From Macrostomum lignano (Eukaryota): DNA of 35,972 bases. Positions 23,901 through 34,793 of the stretch are shown here, one piece after another. Position numbers and translations under genes: made by a program. The stretch spans positions 1-35,972 of the forward strand of contig NIVC01003861.1 of assembly GCA_002269645.1 (NCBI GenBank). Reading direction: 5' to 3'. Each line of letters begins with the position of its first letter. Positions within the stretch are counted from its first letter, which is position 1. The notes below the pieces were generated by a model that did no database searches, was not told the DNA's origin, and saw only the letters and a list, made by a program, of their open reading frames with translations.

Positions 23901-26169
23901 CAGCAACTTCAGCCAATTCCAAATCCAGGTTATATCGTAGAGCTCACAGATGAGGAGATTCCGTCGGGGTCTCTGGGAGCGCCGCCGTCGACGGTTCTGC
24001 TGCCGCTCACGGCAGCTGGCATCGACTCTGCGCAGTTGCCGTCTTCATTGGCGCCCGCTGAGCAGTTCTCGTCTGTCGGCAAGCTGCTCTGCCGGTGGTT
24101 CGAGTCTCTGGTCTCTGCAACGGAGTCGATTGGGTCAAGTTTTTCGAGCTTGAGTTGATGGCTTTTCATTTGAATGGATTGCCCAGATAGAAAATGTTAG
24201 GAGGGGCGCGAGACAGGAGAGAAAGAAAGAAGTTATGAAAGCAGAGTAGGAGAAGAAGCAGCAAAGAGGCTCTCTTGGGGGAAAGAGGGAAAGATTAAGA
24301 CATGGGAGAGAGGGAGAGGGGGTGAGGAGAGAGAGAGGGATGAGGAGAGAGAGAGGCGTGAGGAGAGAGAGAGGGGTGAGGAGAGAGAGAGGGGTGAGGA
24401 GAGAGAGAGGGAGGGATGAGGAGAGAGAGAGGCGTGAGGAGAGAGAGAGGGGTGAGGAGAGAGAGAGGGGTGATGAGAGAGAGAGGGGTGAGGAGAGAGA
24501 GAGAGGGGTGAGAAGAGAGAGAGGGATGAGGAGAGAGAGAGTAAGGAGAGATTGGGTGAGGAGAGAGGGTGAGAAGAGAGAGAGAGTGTGTATGAGAAGA
24601 GAGAGGTGAGAAGAGAGGTGAGGGGAGAGGGGTGAGGAGAGAGAGAGGGTCGAAAAGATCTGGAGGGGAGCGACGGATAGAGAGGGAGGAAAGAAAAGAA
24701 GAGGGGGAGAGAGAGAGAGGAGACAGGAGAGAAGGCAGACGCCGATATCGGAAACCGGATGCCGAACGGGGAAGCAGCAGCACAATGGATGAATTGGGGA
24801 ATTCTCTCGCTCACTGGCACCCAGCGGTCTGCGTCCAACGAGTCTGATTGGCATCGGCCGGACATCTCGCCACAGTATGGGAAATTATCCCATGGTTTTG
24901 CAGCAGCCTATCGGAAATTGGCTCGGCCCGAGCGCCGCTAATCAGCTACTGGGATGGGCCCGGCGCCCAAGTGATTGAGTGGCGAGAGTTCCCCGCCCAC
25001 CCCCTCGTAGCCTCGCAGGTGTCATCTGAACTCCGTGTCGGATTTCAGAAGATGGGCACCGCCGCCGACCGACCGAGGAGCTCGACAGGCGGCGGGGATG
25101 CTCCGCCAAAGTGCACCCATCCAGCACCCGAGGGATGCAGCGACTTCTGCCGGACCGCTGATTCGATTCTCCACCCTCCCCTCCCCCGGCCTCGAAGTGC
25201 CCCCCCTCATCTTCCCAGGGGAAGCCAGAGCGCCAGCCGTCATGACAGGAGCGGAGCGGCGGCCCGAGCTTCATCCGGGCTCTCCCAGTCTCCGGGCCCG
25301 CCTGTTTGCTCCAAGCTTTGAAGCCCCGCAGCCCCCCGGCCCGGCACAGAAAAGTGCGGACAGAGCGATGACAAAAATCCCCCCGACACCCTGCCGAGCT
25401 CCAGCCTCAGATGGAGGAGGCTGACGCGGGATGAGTTCCCCGCCTGCCCTCTTCTATGAGCTGATTGAAAAGTACCGAATCTCTCAAACATTGCCGAATG
25501 CAAGCGGCTGCGGAGTGCTTTGAGATCGGCTCTCCAAGTGCCGGCTGGGACCGAAGCTGCTTCAGTGACACCGGCAGCCACCTTGCTCATTAGAACGCTT
25601 CATGAACTGGGCTTCTCAAGTGGGCCTCTGGTGGCAGAAATTGTCCGCCTAATACTGATGGATCTGCACAAGGTTAATGATCACTGCTCAAGTTACTTGA
25701 AGACAAGTTCTCACCAGTATCACCAGCCCGCACTCACCGGTATCACCAGCCCGCACTCACCGGTATCACGAGCCCGCACTCAGTGGTATCACCAGCCCGC
25801 ACTCACCGGTATCACCAGCCCCCCGCACTCACCGCGATCACCAGTCCCCGCACTCACCGCGATCACCAGCCCGCACTCACTGGTATCACCAGCCCGCACT
25901 CACCGGTATCACCAGCCCGCACTCACCGGTATCACCAGCCCGCACTCACCGGTATCACCAGCCCGCACTCACCGGTATCACCAGCCCGCACTCACCGGTA
26001 TCACCAGCCCGCACTCACCGGTATCACCAGCCTTGTCCTCCTCCTGCGGCGGGCTGCCTGGCCGACCATCTGGCGAGGCCGGTCGGCCCTGGCGGCTGCC
26101 GTAGCAGCAGGACAGCAGGCCGCGGAGGCTGGTGGCGGGAGTCTGAGCAACCCGCTGGTAGAAGGCCAT
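17994..26169 (-). CDS. SYT14: Synaptotagmin-14/16-like tandem C2 protein; exons 26169-26019 (tentative), 24114-23948 (tentative start), 23761-23488, 22541-22339, 20941-20767, 19094-18882, 18106-17994(stop)
   Basis: All junctions GT-AG and phase-compatible. C2A: ALDVGIRYECADRQVVVRVIRT...LVSLALLPARKQRHQTEMVKGESPAFGESFVFSGIYA|SELSRLAVRFRAYG...LLIGEC. C2B: AELFLGLGYNAKTGQLAVEVMKGSGFR...KAP|ETSVKLALM...KSKTS...PNPTWKESFMFPINRFQLADVTAVLSIYAKRSIKRREMIGWFAIG|RNSSGEEEAAHWHDMLEARGELVSRWHRLL. This closely follows the SYT14/16 C-terminus (KRKEMIGW.SLG.NSSGEEE..HW..M..S.GQQ.CRWH.LL). Loops lack the Ca2+-binding Asp residues. The two 5' exons are less certain. Confidence 0.88.
18144..18746. repeat. 17-nt intronic minisatellite (GATTGATGACAGTGATG), ~35 near-perfect copies
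   Basis: Direct tandem repeats in intron 18107-18881. Confidence 0.97.
19135..20753. repeat. Complex ~12-17-nt intronic minisatellite (GATTGATCACAATGGCA / GATTGATTRGCA / GATTGACCACAGTAGCA) with a 627-bp higher-order duplication
   Basis: Fills nearly all of intron 19095-20766; rare variants recur at exactly +627 (19474/20101, 19851/20478). Confidence 0.95.
21935..22248. repeat. 20-nt intronic minisatellite (GGCGCCCCTGATGATTGCTT), ~15 copies
   Basis: Direct tandem repeats in intron 20942-22338. Confidence 0.95.
23048..23489. repeat. 40-45-nt intronic minisatellite (AACTCACTCCTCCCTATTTTACCATAGCAACCCAGCAACC), ~10 copies, abutting the donor at 23487
   Basis: Direct tandem repeats; each unit carries ACTCAC (GTGAGT on the minus strand). 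Confidence 0.93.
23780..23878. repeat. 24-nt repeat x4 (ACAGGTAAGTRAACCGGTATTCGG)
   Basis: Copies at ~23781, 23805, 23829 and 23853 in intron 23762-23947. Confidence 0.85.
24300..24730. repeat. GA-rich polypurine low-complexity tract
   Basis: Degenerate GAGGAGAGAGAGAGGGGT units; source of the LSL/SSP/RRER ORFs. Confidence 0.9.
25708..26031. repeat. 23-nt minisatellite (TCACCGGTATCACCAGCCCGCAC), ~14 copies
   Basis: Direct tandem repeats; the unit spans the putative SYT exon-1 donor. Confidence 0.93.
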
Positions 26170-27909
26170 GGAGACTCCAGATCAGCCCGAAGACATCGCT
26201 GGCGAGTCTCGTTAGTCGCTGGGCTCGCTTAAAGATTCCTCAGCTGGCAAGTGCGCGCCTGATTAAACAAAAGCCGCCCCAGAGACGTTCAGTTTGCTGG
26301 TCCGCCGCCAGAGCCTTGCCGACTCGCTCCGTTCGCCCACGCGGCTCCCAAAATTATGCGGGCGGCTCTGCTGGGTCTGAGGGGTGGCGGTGAGCCGGGG
26401 GAGGGGGCGGTGCTCGCTCGCAGTGCGGCCCTGATAGTGCCGGGTCAAGCAGAGGGCGAGGAGCTCAGGGCAGGTCTGGCCAATACGGGCGCAGACTGCA
26501 AGCTTATGAGTTCCGATAGCGAACTGCAAATTTTTGCTTGAGCACAGCGGGCTGAGCACCGTATTGCAACGGACTGCAGCTCAGCTTCGCGAGTCGAGCT
26601 CCACCACCGCCGGCCGTAGGGACTTAAATTGATGAAGCTGCGACGGGGCGGGAAGCTGCGGGGGATCATTGATAAAAAAGCGATGTGAGGGGGTGCGACG
26701 CTGCCTCGGTCAGCCAGGTGAATGCAGTGGGTTTTATCCCTGCCCTGGAGTCGAGAGACAATGGACAGGGAACGGGCATCACCCCCAACTGGCCATCCAT
26801 CTGACCAGCCGTGTCGGCCGGGCCGGCTGCGGCTGCACAGCCGAAATCTCCTCAGATTGCTAAAAGTGCGTGCGCCGTTGAGGGGGAGGGTGGGGGAGGG
26901 CATCTCCGCGCGTGTCCGAGAGCCCCAGGCGGTGAGCAACTGCTCAGCGGCTCCGGCCTGTCTTTATTGACCACCGCTTCAACTGAGATCCCAGATCAAG
27001 GGGATATTGTGACGGGTGTTTATGAAGAACCGGCCTCCCCCAGCCCAGCCCTCGCCGCCGCTTTCTCTTCCGCGCGCGGAGCCCCGGTGCGGCACTGGGC
27101 GCTTTGCCGCTGCCGGCGCCCGAGCTCGCAGCAGATTCGGTCCGGTCGGGCCCGTATCAGCGGGGCGTGGCCTGGGGCAGCACTGATAAGCCCCGGCCGC
27201 CCACAGTGCACCGCCGGCAACTGCGCCTCAGACAGAGAGAGCCGTAAAGAGAGAGAGGCGCTGCGCTCACCTGCATGCAGCCAGCGCATTGCGATAGCAC
27301 TGGGGTGGGGTGATAGATCAGGCCCAGCCGATCTGAACTGGGACACTGGCTCAGCTGGTCGCAGCTCACAACTCATGCAGTCTGTCAAAGCTGTCTTGCA
27401 GCTACTTCAGGTACAGAGCCCGCGGCCTGTGAGCTCCGCATTTCTCACGGCTGCCCCCTCCCTCTCCACCCCTCCAAAACTGTGAAGCCAAACTGTTGCA
27501 GGCTGCAGTGGCGCAGTTCATTCTGGCAATTGTGCGGCTCTGACAAATGCGGGAGGGTGACTGGGGTGGGGGGGGGGCAGCTCTAGCAACTGAATGCCAA
27601 TGGCAGCGGGGGTCCCCAGCTGAATAATTCAGCTAATCGATTGCTGCTCCGCTGGACAGGCCAGCGGCTGCGCGGCCCGATGAAGCCAGAAGCAGCAACC
27701 GGAGCCGCCTGCTGAGCAGCGATAATTCCTGCCGAGAATTAGCGTTTCTCGCTTTCTGCTTTGCAACAATAAATCCCTCTGGCACTCACCGAAGGAGTTG
27801 AGGCGCCACCAGCGTCCGCTCGCTCATCTGCTGCTGAGTTCATTTTTCTGCCAGCGTTGCCGATAATTATTCGTGCAAATAATATTCGAGCAACGCTACT
27901 TAAAGTAGG

Positions 27910-29381
27910 TCAGTGTGTCTCATAGCAACCATTGTGTCTCATAGAAACCATTGTGTCTCATAGAAACCATTGTGTCTCATAGAAATCAGTGTGTCTCATA
28001 GAAACCATTGTGTCTCATAGAAACCATTGTGTCTCATAGAAACCATTGTGTCTCATAGAAACCAGTGTGTCTCATAGAAACCATTGTGTCTCATAGAAAT
28101 CATTGTGTCTCATAGCAGTCAGTCAGTGTGTCTCATAGCAGTCAGTCAGTGTGTCTCATAGCAGTCAGTCAGTGTGTCTCATAGAAATCATTGTGTCTCA
28201 TAGCAGTCAGTCAGTGTGTCTCATAGCAGTCAGTCAGTGTGTCTCATAGAAATCATTGTGTCTCATAGAAATCAGTGTGTCTCATAGAAACCATTGTGTC
28301 TCATAGAAACCATTGTGTCTCATAGAAACCATTGTGTCTCATAGAAACCAGTGTGTCTCATAGAAACCATTGTGTCTCATAGAAATCATTGTGTCTCATA
28401 GCAGTCAGTCAGTGTGTCTCATAGCAGTCAGTCAGTGTGTCTCATAGCAGTCAGTCAGTGTGTCTCATAGAAATCATTGTGTCTCATAGCAGTCAGTCAG
28501 TGTGTCTCATAGCAGTCAGTCAGTGTGTCTCATAGAAATCATTGTGTCTCATAGAAATCAGTGTGTCTCATAGAAACCAGTGTGTCTCATAGAAACCATT
28601 GTGTCTCATAGAAATCAGTGTGTCTCATAGAAACCATTGTGTCTCATAGAAACCAGTGTGTCTCATAGAAACCATTGTGTCTCAGAAACCATTGTGTCTC
28701 ATAGAAATCATTGTGTCTCATAGCAGTCAGTCAGTGTGTCTCATAGCAGTCAGTCAGTGTGTCTCATAGCAGTCAGTCAGTGTGTCTCATAGAAACCATT
28801 GTGTCTCATAGCAGTCAGTCAGTGTGTCTCATAGCAGTCAGTCAGTGTGTCTCATAGCAGTCAGTCAGTGTGTCTCATAGCAGTCAGTCAGTGTGTCTCA
28901 TAGAAACCATTGTGTCTCATAGCAGTCAGTCAGTGTGTCTCATAGCAGTCAGTCAGTGTGTCTCATAGCAGTCAGTCAGTGTGTCTCATAGAAACCATTG
29001 TGTCTCATAGCAGTCAGTCAGTGTGTCTCATAGCAGTCAGTCAGTGTGTCTCATAGCAGTCAGTCAGTGTGTCTCATAGAAATCATTGTGTCTCATAGCA
29101 GTCAGTCACTGTGTCTCATAGCAGTCAGTCAGTGTGTCTCATAGAAATCATTGTGTCTCATAGCAGTCAGTCACTGTGTCTCATAGCAGTCAGTCAGTGT
29201 GTCTCATAGCAGTCAGTGAGTCTCAAACGCAGTGTGTCTCAAACGCAGTGTGTCTCAAACGCAGTGTGTCTCAAATGCAGTGTGTCTCAAACGCAGTGTG
29301 TCTCAAACGCAGTGTGTCTCAAACGCAGTGTGTCTCAAACGCAGTGTGTCTCAAACGCAGTGTGTCTCAAACGCAGTGTGC
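27910..29381. repeat. Compound minisatellite with TGTGTCTCA core: 19-nt (TAGAAACCAT) and 23-nt (TAGCAGTCAGTCAG) units, then 16-nt (AACGCAG) units; includes a 286-bp higher-order repeat
   Basis: Direct inspection; AGAAATCAG recurs at 27981, 28267 and 28553. Confidence 0.95.
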
Positions 29382-29679
29382 CCAGAAGATCAAAAGTCAG
29401 ACCAACTCAGAGACTGAAAGATGGAAAGGAGCTGAAAGCGATGATTTTGTTTTTTTGCTGATAACTGAACGTTTTCAGTCTTAATCCGAATGTAACCCTA
29501 ATGTGAAAAGTTTTAGCTTTTGCTATTAGGGCAACATGAAAAGGAAGAAACTGATGCACCATGGCTTCATTAACTTTTGATTAAATAACTATTGAATCAT
29601 TGTGCAACTAAGGTAGACAGAGGACACTCTTACAAGTCGTAGGGTTTTTATCGGTGACATCGCCATACAACCAACGCTA

Positions 29680-29800
29680 AGGCAGTTCTGTCCATTCCGC
29701 AGACTCCCGAGCACACACAGTACGCAGGCCCGCACTCGCACACACGCTCACCAGGGTGTACATCGGCCCTGACTTTCAAATAGTCAAGCATGTACACTCT
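29680..29800. repeat. Dispersed ~122-bp element, copy B
   Basis: Similar to 17700-17823 at both ends, with a divergent middle. Confidence 0.8.
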
Positions 29801-30667
29801 ATCACGCCAATGGGTGAGTTTTTGCACAACTTGCAAGCGTCCTTCTTTGGAGTTGTGCGCGATTCTTCACCGGCCACATTTAGCTTTCAGCTTTCAGATC
29901 TCTTCGCTACCCCTTTCAGTAGCAGCTCACGGGCTCTGTTTGAAATCTGATTCCCATTTAACATAAAATTAGCGAGTTCATTGTCCGTGTTGCATTTCCT
30001 AATCTGGCAGATCTGATTCCCGGATCTATTGCGGGGCAATAGAACTGTCAAACCAGCTGGCCCGCCAGTCCCAGGCGACTCCAGCGCTCACCCGATGATG
30101 GCCGCTCTGAGTGAGGCTGCAACTTTTTACTGGCCCACCTTTTATTTAGTCAAAATTGTTCCCAGCGCGGGAAGCTGCGGGCTTGGCGGACAAAAATGCC
30201 TCATCTCTGTTGCTTCCGCCCCCTCCGTCCTCTCTCAGCAGGTTTGGCAATTGGAGGGCGTGCGGTAGGGAGCGCTGAGATCCACACCAACTCCCCCAAC
30301 TCACTGCGCTCCTAAAGAAATGGGCCTGAGGCGACTCCGTTCCCCATCTGGGAAGCTCAAGATTTGCTCAGGTACTATAAAAGCCAAAGTGTCGCGTCTT
30401 GGAAAAGGGCCGGAGCAGTTGTGAATGTTTGTGCAGCCAACACACATTGGAGGCCGTCCTTCCCGCGCTTCTCCGAGTTGAAATTTGGGCCGGCTTTCTC
30501 CTAGCGCAAACTGAAATTGCGAGGCTTCCCGCCGAGCCATGGGACAGTGCGCCGCTTGTCAGCGTAGTTGTGAGAATCTCAGATCCCCGATTATTGATTT
30601 TGTGAATCTCTTCGCTTACCGGTACAGGGTTAGACTGTATAATGATTAATAACTATTAATCAACTGT

Positions 30668-30972
30668 CGTGGTGGCTCTCTACGAGAACTGTTTGTGGCT
30701 TTCTACGAGAAGTATCTGTGGCTCTTTACGAGTCATGTCTGTGGCTCTCCACGAGAACTGTCTTTGGCTCTCTATGATGGCTTTGTACGAGAAGTATCTG
30801 TGGCTCTCCACGAGTCCTGTCTGTGGCTCTCCACGAGCACTGTCTGTGGCTCTCTACGAGAACTGTCTGTGGCTCTCTATGAGAACTATCTGTGGCTCTC
30901 TACGAGTCCTGTCTGTGGCTCTCTACGAGAACTGTCTGTGGCTCTATGAGAACTGTCTTTGGCTCTCCACGA
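30668..30972. repeat. 23-nt minisatellite (TGTGGCTCTCTACGAGAACTGTC), ~13 degenerate copies
   Basis: Direct tandem repeats ~90 nt upstream of the acceptor at 31060. Confidence 0.92.
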
Positions 30973-31060
30973 AAACCAAGTCTGGAGAACTTTCGAACTT
31001 TCATTTTAAATATTTTCCAAACCCTTTAAAACGATTTCGCTGACCTTCCACCCGCCGCAG

Positions 31061-34000
31061 CCACTACCAAATCTGCCAGGCGACTCAACGGACTCGCACA
31101 GTCGCACAGATACTTTGAGCTGCCTGACGTCGCCTCTCCGCTTGGCCGGCGGTCGAGCGACAACGGAAGCAACTTGCGTCGCATCAGGCGCAGCTGCGTG
31201 TCGCTGCCCAACTCATTCCACGGCATCTGGCAGATCAGTGAGTCCAACCAGTTGACAGCAGATGCGGCTGCTGAAGTTGAAACAGACGCTGAGCAGCCGA
31301 AGGCTTTCGAAGAGAGGGCGGGTGAGCTGGCGGTCAGCATGCCGCTGCTGAGCTGCGCCGGAGAGCCACCCGACCTGCCGGGGCCGCCATCAACCGCTCA
31401 GTCTCCCGACGAGGAGGCTGTCGCACTGCCTGAGCTGCTCATGCAGGCAAATTGCAAAGCGACGCAGACACCCGAGCCAGGAGAGAGACTGGACAAGAGC
31501 TGCCAATGGGAGGAGCCGGCCTTGCTGACGAGGGAGCTGCATAAAGAAGGAGCAGAAGAGAAGCCAACCCTGGATGATGCTCCAACAAAGGCAATGCAAA
31601 GCTCTGAAACAGCCGAGGAGGCCGAACTCCAATACCTGATGAGGCAGACCGAGGCGCTGCTGGAGGCCCTAGTCGAGGACAGTCCGGCTGCGCAGCCTCG
31701 GGCGCCAAAATCCTCCACTCAGCCAGCCCGGAATGATGGCGCAGCTGATTTGGATTTTCAGACTCTTCAGGCACCGAGTTCCCTTGCTGCTAATCCTTTG
31801 GCCGAGAACGGATTATCGCCGGGTGTTCTGACCTCGCCAGTCCCGACCTCGCCAGTCCCGACCTCGCCAGTCCCGACCTCGCCAGTCCCGACCTCGCCAG
31901 TCCCGACCTCGCCAGTCCCGACCTCGCCAGTCCCGACCTCGCCAGTCCCGACCTCGCCAGTCCCGACCTCGCCAGTCCCGACCTCGCCAGTCCCGACCTC
32001 GCCAGTCCCGACCTCGCCAGTCCCGACCTCGCCAGTCCCGACCTCGCCAGTCCCGACCTCGCCAGTCCCGACCTCGCCAGTCCCGACCTCGCCAGTCCCG
32101 ACCTCGCCAGTCCCGACCTCGCCAGTCCCGACCTCGCCAGTCCCGACCTCGCCAGTCCCGACCTCGCCAGTCCCGACCTCGCCAGTCCCGACCTCGCCAG
32201 TCCCGACCTCGCCAGTCCCGACCTCGCCAGTCCCGACCTCGCCAGTCCCGACCTCGCCAGTCCCGACCTCGCCAGTCCCGACCTCGCCAGTCCCGACCTC
32301 GCCAGTCCCGACCTCGCCAGTCCCGACCTCGCCAGTCCCGACCTCGCCAGTCCCGACCTCGCCAGTCCCGACCTCGCCAGTCCCGACCTCGCCAGTCCCG
32401 ACCTCGCCAGTCCCGACCTCGCCAGTCCCGACCTCGCCAGTCCCGACCTCGCCAGTCCCGACCTCGCCAGTCCCGACCTCGCCAGTCCCGACCTCGCCAG
32501 TCCCGACCTCGCCAGTCCCGACCTCGCCAGTCCCGACCTCGCCAGTCCCGACCTCGCCAGTCCCGACCTCGCCAGTCCCGACCTCGCCAGTCCCGACCTC
32601 GCCAGTCCCGACCTCGCCAGTCCCGACCTCGCCAGTCCCGACCTCGCCAGTCCCGACCTCGCCAGTCCCGACCTCGCCAGTCCCGACCTCGCCAGTCCCG
32701 ACCTCGCCAGTCCCGACCTCGCCAGTCCCGACCTCGCCAGTCCCGACCTCGCCAGTCCCGACCTCGAGTGCCCTCGAATTCTTCAGTCCGAGCACGCCCT
32801 GTGCAGGGCCGAGTTTCTCATCAAGCGGGCCGCTGAAAGCCTCGCGGCGTAGCTCGTCGGCTGTCAGTCGCAGTTGCGGCCGCGTCGCAGACGAGCTCAG
32901 CACCCGCTTGGCGCTGTTCCAGCTGGAGCGGCAGTTGGCGGGCTCCCACTTAGCAGCCCGGCAGCTCCTGGATCGGTGCCAGCAGCCTCAGCCGGACGGA
33001 GCCGCAGCCGCCAGGCGGGTCAGCGAGTACCGGCGGCGGCTGGCAGCCGAGCGGAGCCGCGTCTTGCAGCTGACGTCAGCGGAGGCATCGTCAGTCAGCT
33101 GCTCGCTGGACAGCGCGAGTGAATCGGCGACGTCCCCTGACTCGATGTCATCCTGCACGCTGCCCGCGGAAACAGCGTGGAGCCGTCAGGAGAGCCGCTG
33201 CAGTAGCCGCGGCAGCAGCTGCGTCACTGAACCGCAGTCTGGGCCGCGTCGGCGATTCGGTCGGACGACTTCCGGCGGCGGTGGAGATGTTCGAGATCCT
33301 GACGCCGCAGCCGCCCTTCGACAGTCGGCCCAGATGTGCCAGGTGAGATGCGCCAAGGGTTGAATGCTGGGCAAGGGAGCTGAGATTAGACTGGATCGGG
33401 CAGACAGGAGGGGAGACAAGGCTGAGTCGGATCAGACAGGAGGGGGAGACAAGGCTGAGTCAGACAGACAGGAGGGGAAGACAAGGCTGAGTTGGATCGG
33501 ACAGACAGGAAGGGGAGACAAGGCTGAGTCGGACAGACAGGAGGGAGACAAGGCTGAGTTGAGCAGATAGGAGGGGAGACAAGGCTGAGTCTGACAGACA
33601 GCAGGGGGAGACAAGGCTGAGTTGGACAAGACAGGAGGGGAGTCAAGGCTGAGTCGGACAGACAGGAGGGGAGACAAGGCTGAGTTGGACAAGACAGGAG
33701 GGGAGTCAAGGCTGAGTCGGACAGACAGGAGGGGAGACAAGGCTGAGTTGAGCAGATAGGAGGGGAGACAAGGCTGAGTCTGACAGACAGCAGGGGGAGA
33801 CAAGGCTGAGTTGGACAAGACAGGAGGGGAGTCAAGGCTGAGTCGGACAGACAGGAGGGGAGACAAGGCTGAGTCGGACAGACAGGAGAGGAGACAAGGC
33901 TGAGTCGGACAGACAGGAGGGAGACAAGGCTGAGTTGAGCAGACAGGAGGGGAGACTAGGCTGAGTCGGAAAAAACCCAGGTCGCAAATTTTCAGGCAAT

Positions 34001-34070
34001 CGACCAGGACCTGCGGCGGCTGAGGACCCAGTACGCCAGCCTGGGCCGCAGGGCAGCCGGCGCTGACTAA
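31061..34070 (+). CDS. Last two exons (31061-33342, 33996-34070 stop) of an unknown Ser/Pro-rich, partly coiled-coil protein carrying (PTSPV)x62; 5' exons not identified
   Basis: Acceptor cccgccgcag|CC at 31060, open frame for 2282 nt through the repeat, donor TGCCAG|GTGAGA at 33342. Acceptor ttttcag|GCA at 33995 gives ...[10 protein letters not shown]|[24 protein letters not shown]. Flanks have coding-like composition. Confidence 0.72.
31831..32766 (+). repeat. 15-nt perfect repeat ACCTCGCCAGTCCCG x62, in frame within the exon
   Basis: Counted directly: 2 copies at 31831-31860 plus 15 lines of 4 copies, then a partial ACCTCG. No variant seen. Confidence 0.97.
33385..33968. repeat. ~31-35-nt purine-rich intronic minisatellite (GACAGACAGGAGGGGGAGACAAGGCTGAGTCG)
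   Basis: Fills most of intron 33343-33995. Confidence 0.93.
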
Positions 34071-34584
34071 AGCTGGTTCAGGATTTGACTAAGAATTGAC
34101 TGTGAAGAATTCGTATCTGTGTAAAAAGACTATTTTTTAATCCTATTTCCAACGCGTTTTTCAGGTCTTAGAATTTGGATGCCAAAGTATACGGTTTTAA
34201 AACATTTTGTAAAATACCGGGATTTTGACCAAGTTTTTGTATTTAAATCCGCTCGAAAATGCGCGCTGCAAATTTCAAAACGTATTTTTCAATTAATTTC
34301 ATAAGATAAAACTACTTAAAGTAATATAGTGCGAAAGTGGACGCGGTTGCTATTGAGCCAGCAAGATTCGACTCTTAATGCGACTTGTCTTCGGAATCGT
34401 CCAACCGAATTCCAGGGGCCATCCGGGACCACTTCGCCAGCCAATGAGCGGCCGAGCGCAACTTGGCCGCCTGGCGACAAGAAACTGCCTCGAGTCCTCT
34501 TCGAGTATCAGGTCTCTGGATTAGGTATAATAGATGCTAAATCCTCGTTTCATATCTAGAATCCAGTTGAAGATTCTCAGTCTC

Positions 34585-34778
34585 CGATCCCAGTCTCATA
34601 TCCGAGATCCCAGTCTGATATCCGAGATCCCAGTCTCATATCCGAGATCCCAGTCTCATATCTGAGATCCCAGTCTCATATCTGCGATTCCAGTCTCATA
34701 TCTGAAATCCCAGTCTCATATCTGCGATTCCAGTCTCATATCTGAGATCCCAGTCTCACATCTCAGGCTCCAGTCTCA
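34585..34778. repeat. 20-nt minisatellite (GATCCCAGTCTCATATCYGA), ~9 copies
   Basis: Direct repeats ending ~15 nt before the ATG at 34794. Confidence 0.92.
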
Positions 34779-34793
34779 GACCCGCAATCGCAG

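Noticed and set aside
24900-27900. Several GC-rich ORFs (24848-25321, 25035-25424, 25240-25590, 26811-27485) as exons of the PTSPV gene or SYT
   Set aside because: Weak codon bias and no phase-compatible splice path that I could establish; left unannotated, except the tentative SYT exon 26019-26169.
31633-31660. CTGATGAG resembling a hammerhead ribozyme core
   Set aside because: No matching GAAA and stems at a suitable distance; lies in a coding exon.
9236-33866. Long repetitive ORFs (MSSHTGR, CELIL, VSAPVSTG, GRGEWGD, INLLLWS, LSLSSP, VGTGE, LSCPTQ and similar)
   Set aside because: Translations of stop-free minisatellite units, mostly inside introns defined by GT-AG sites. Only the PTSPV frame is embedded in unique coding flanks.
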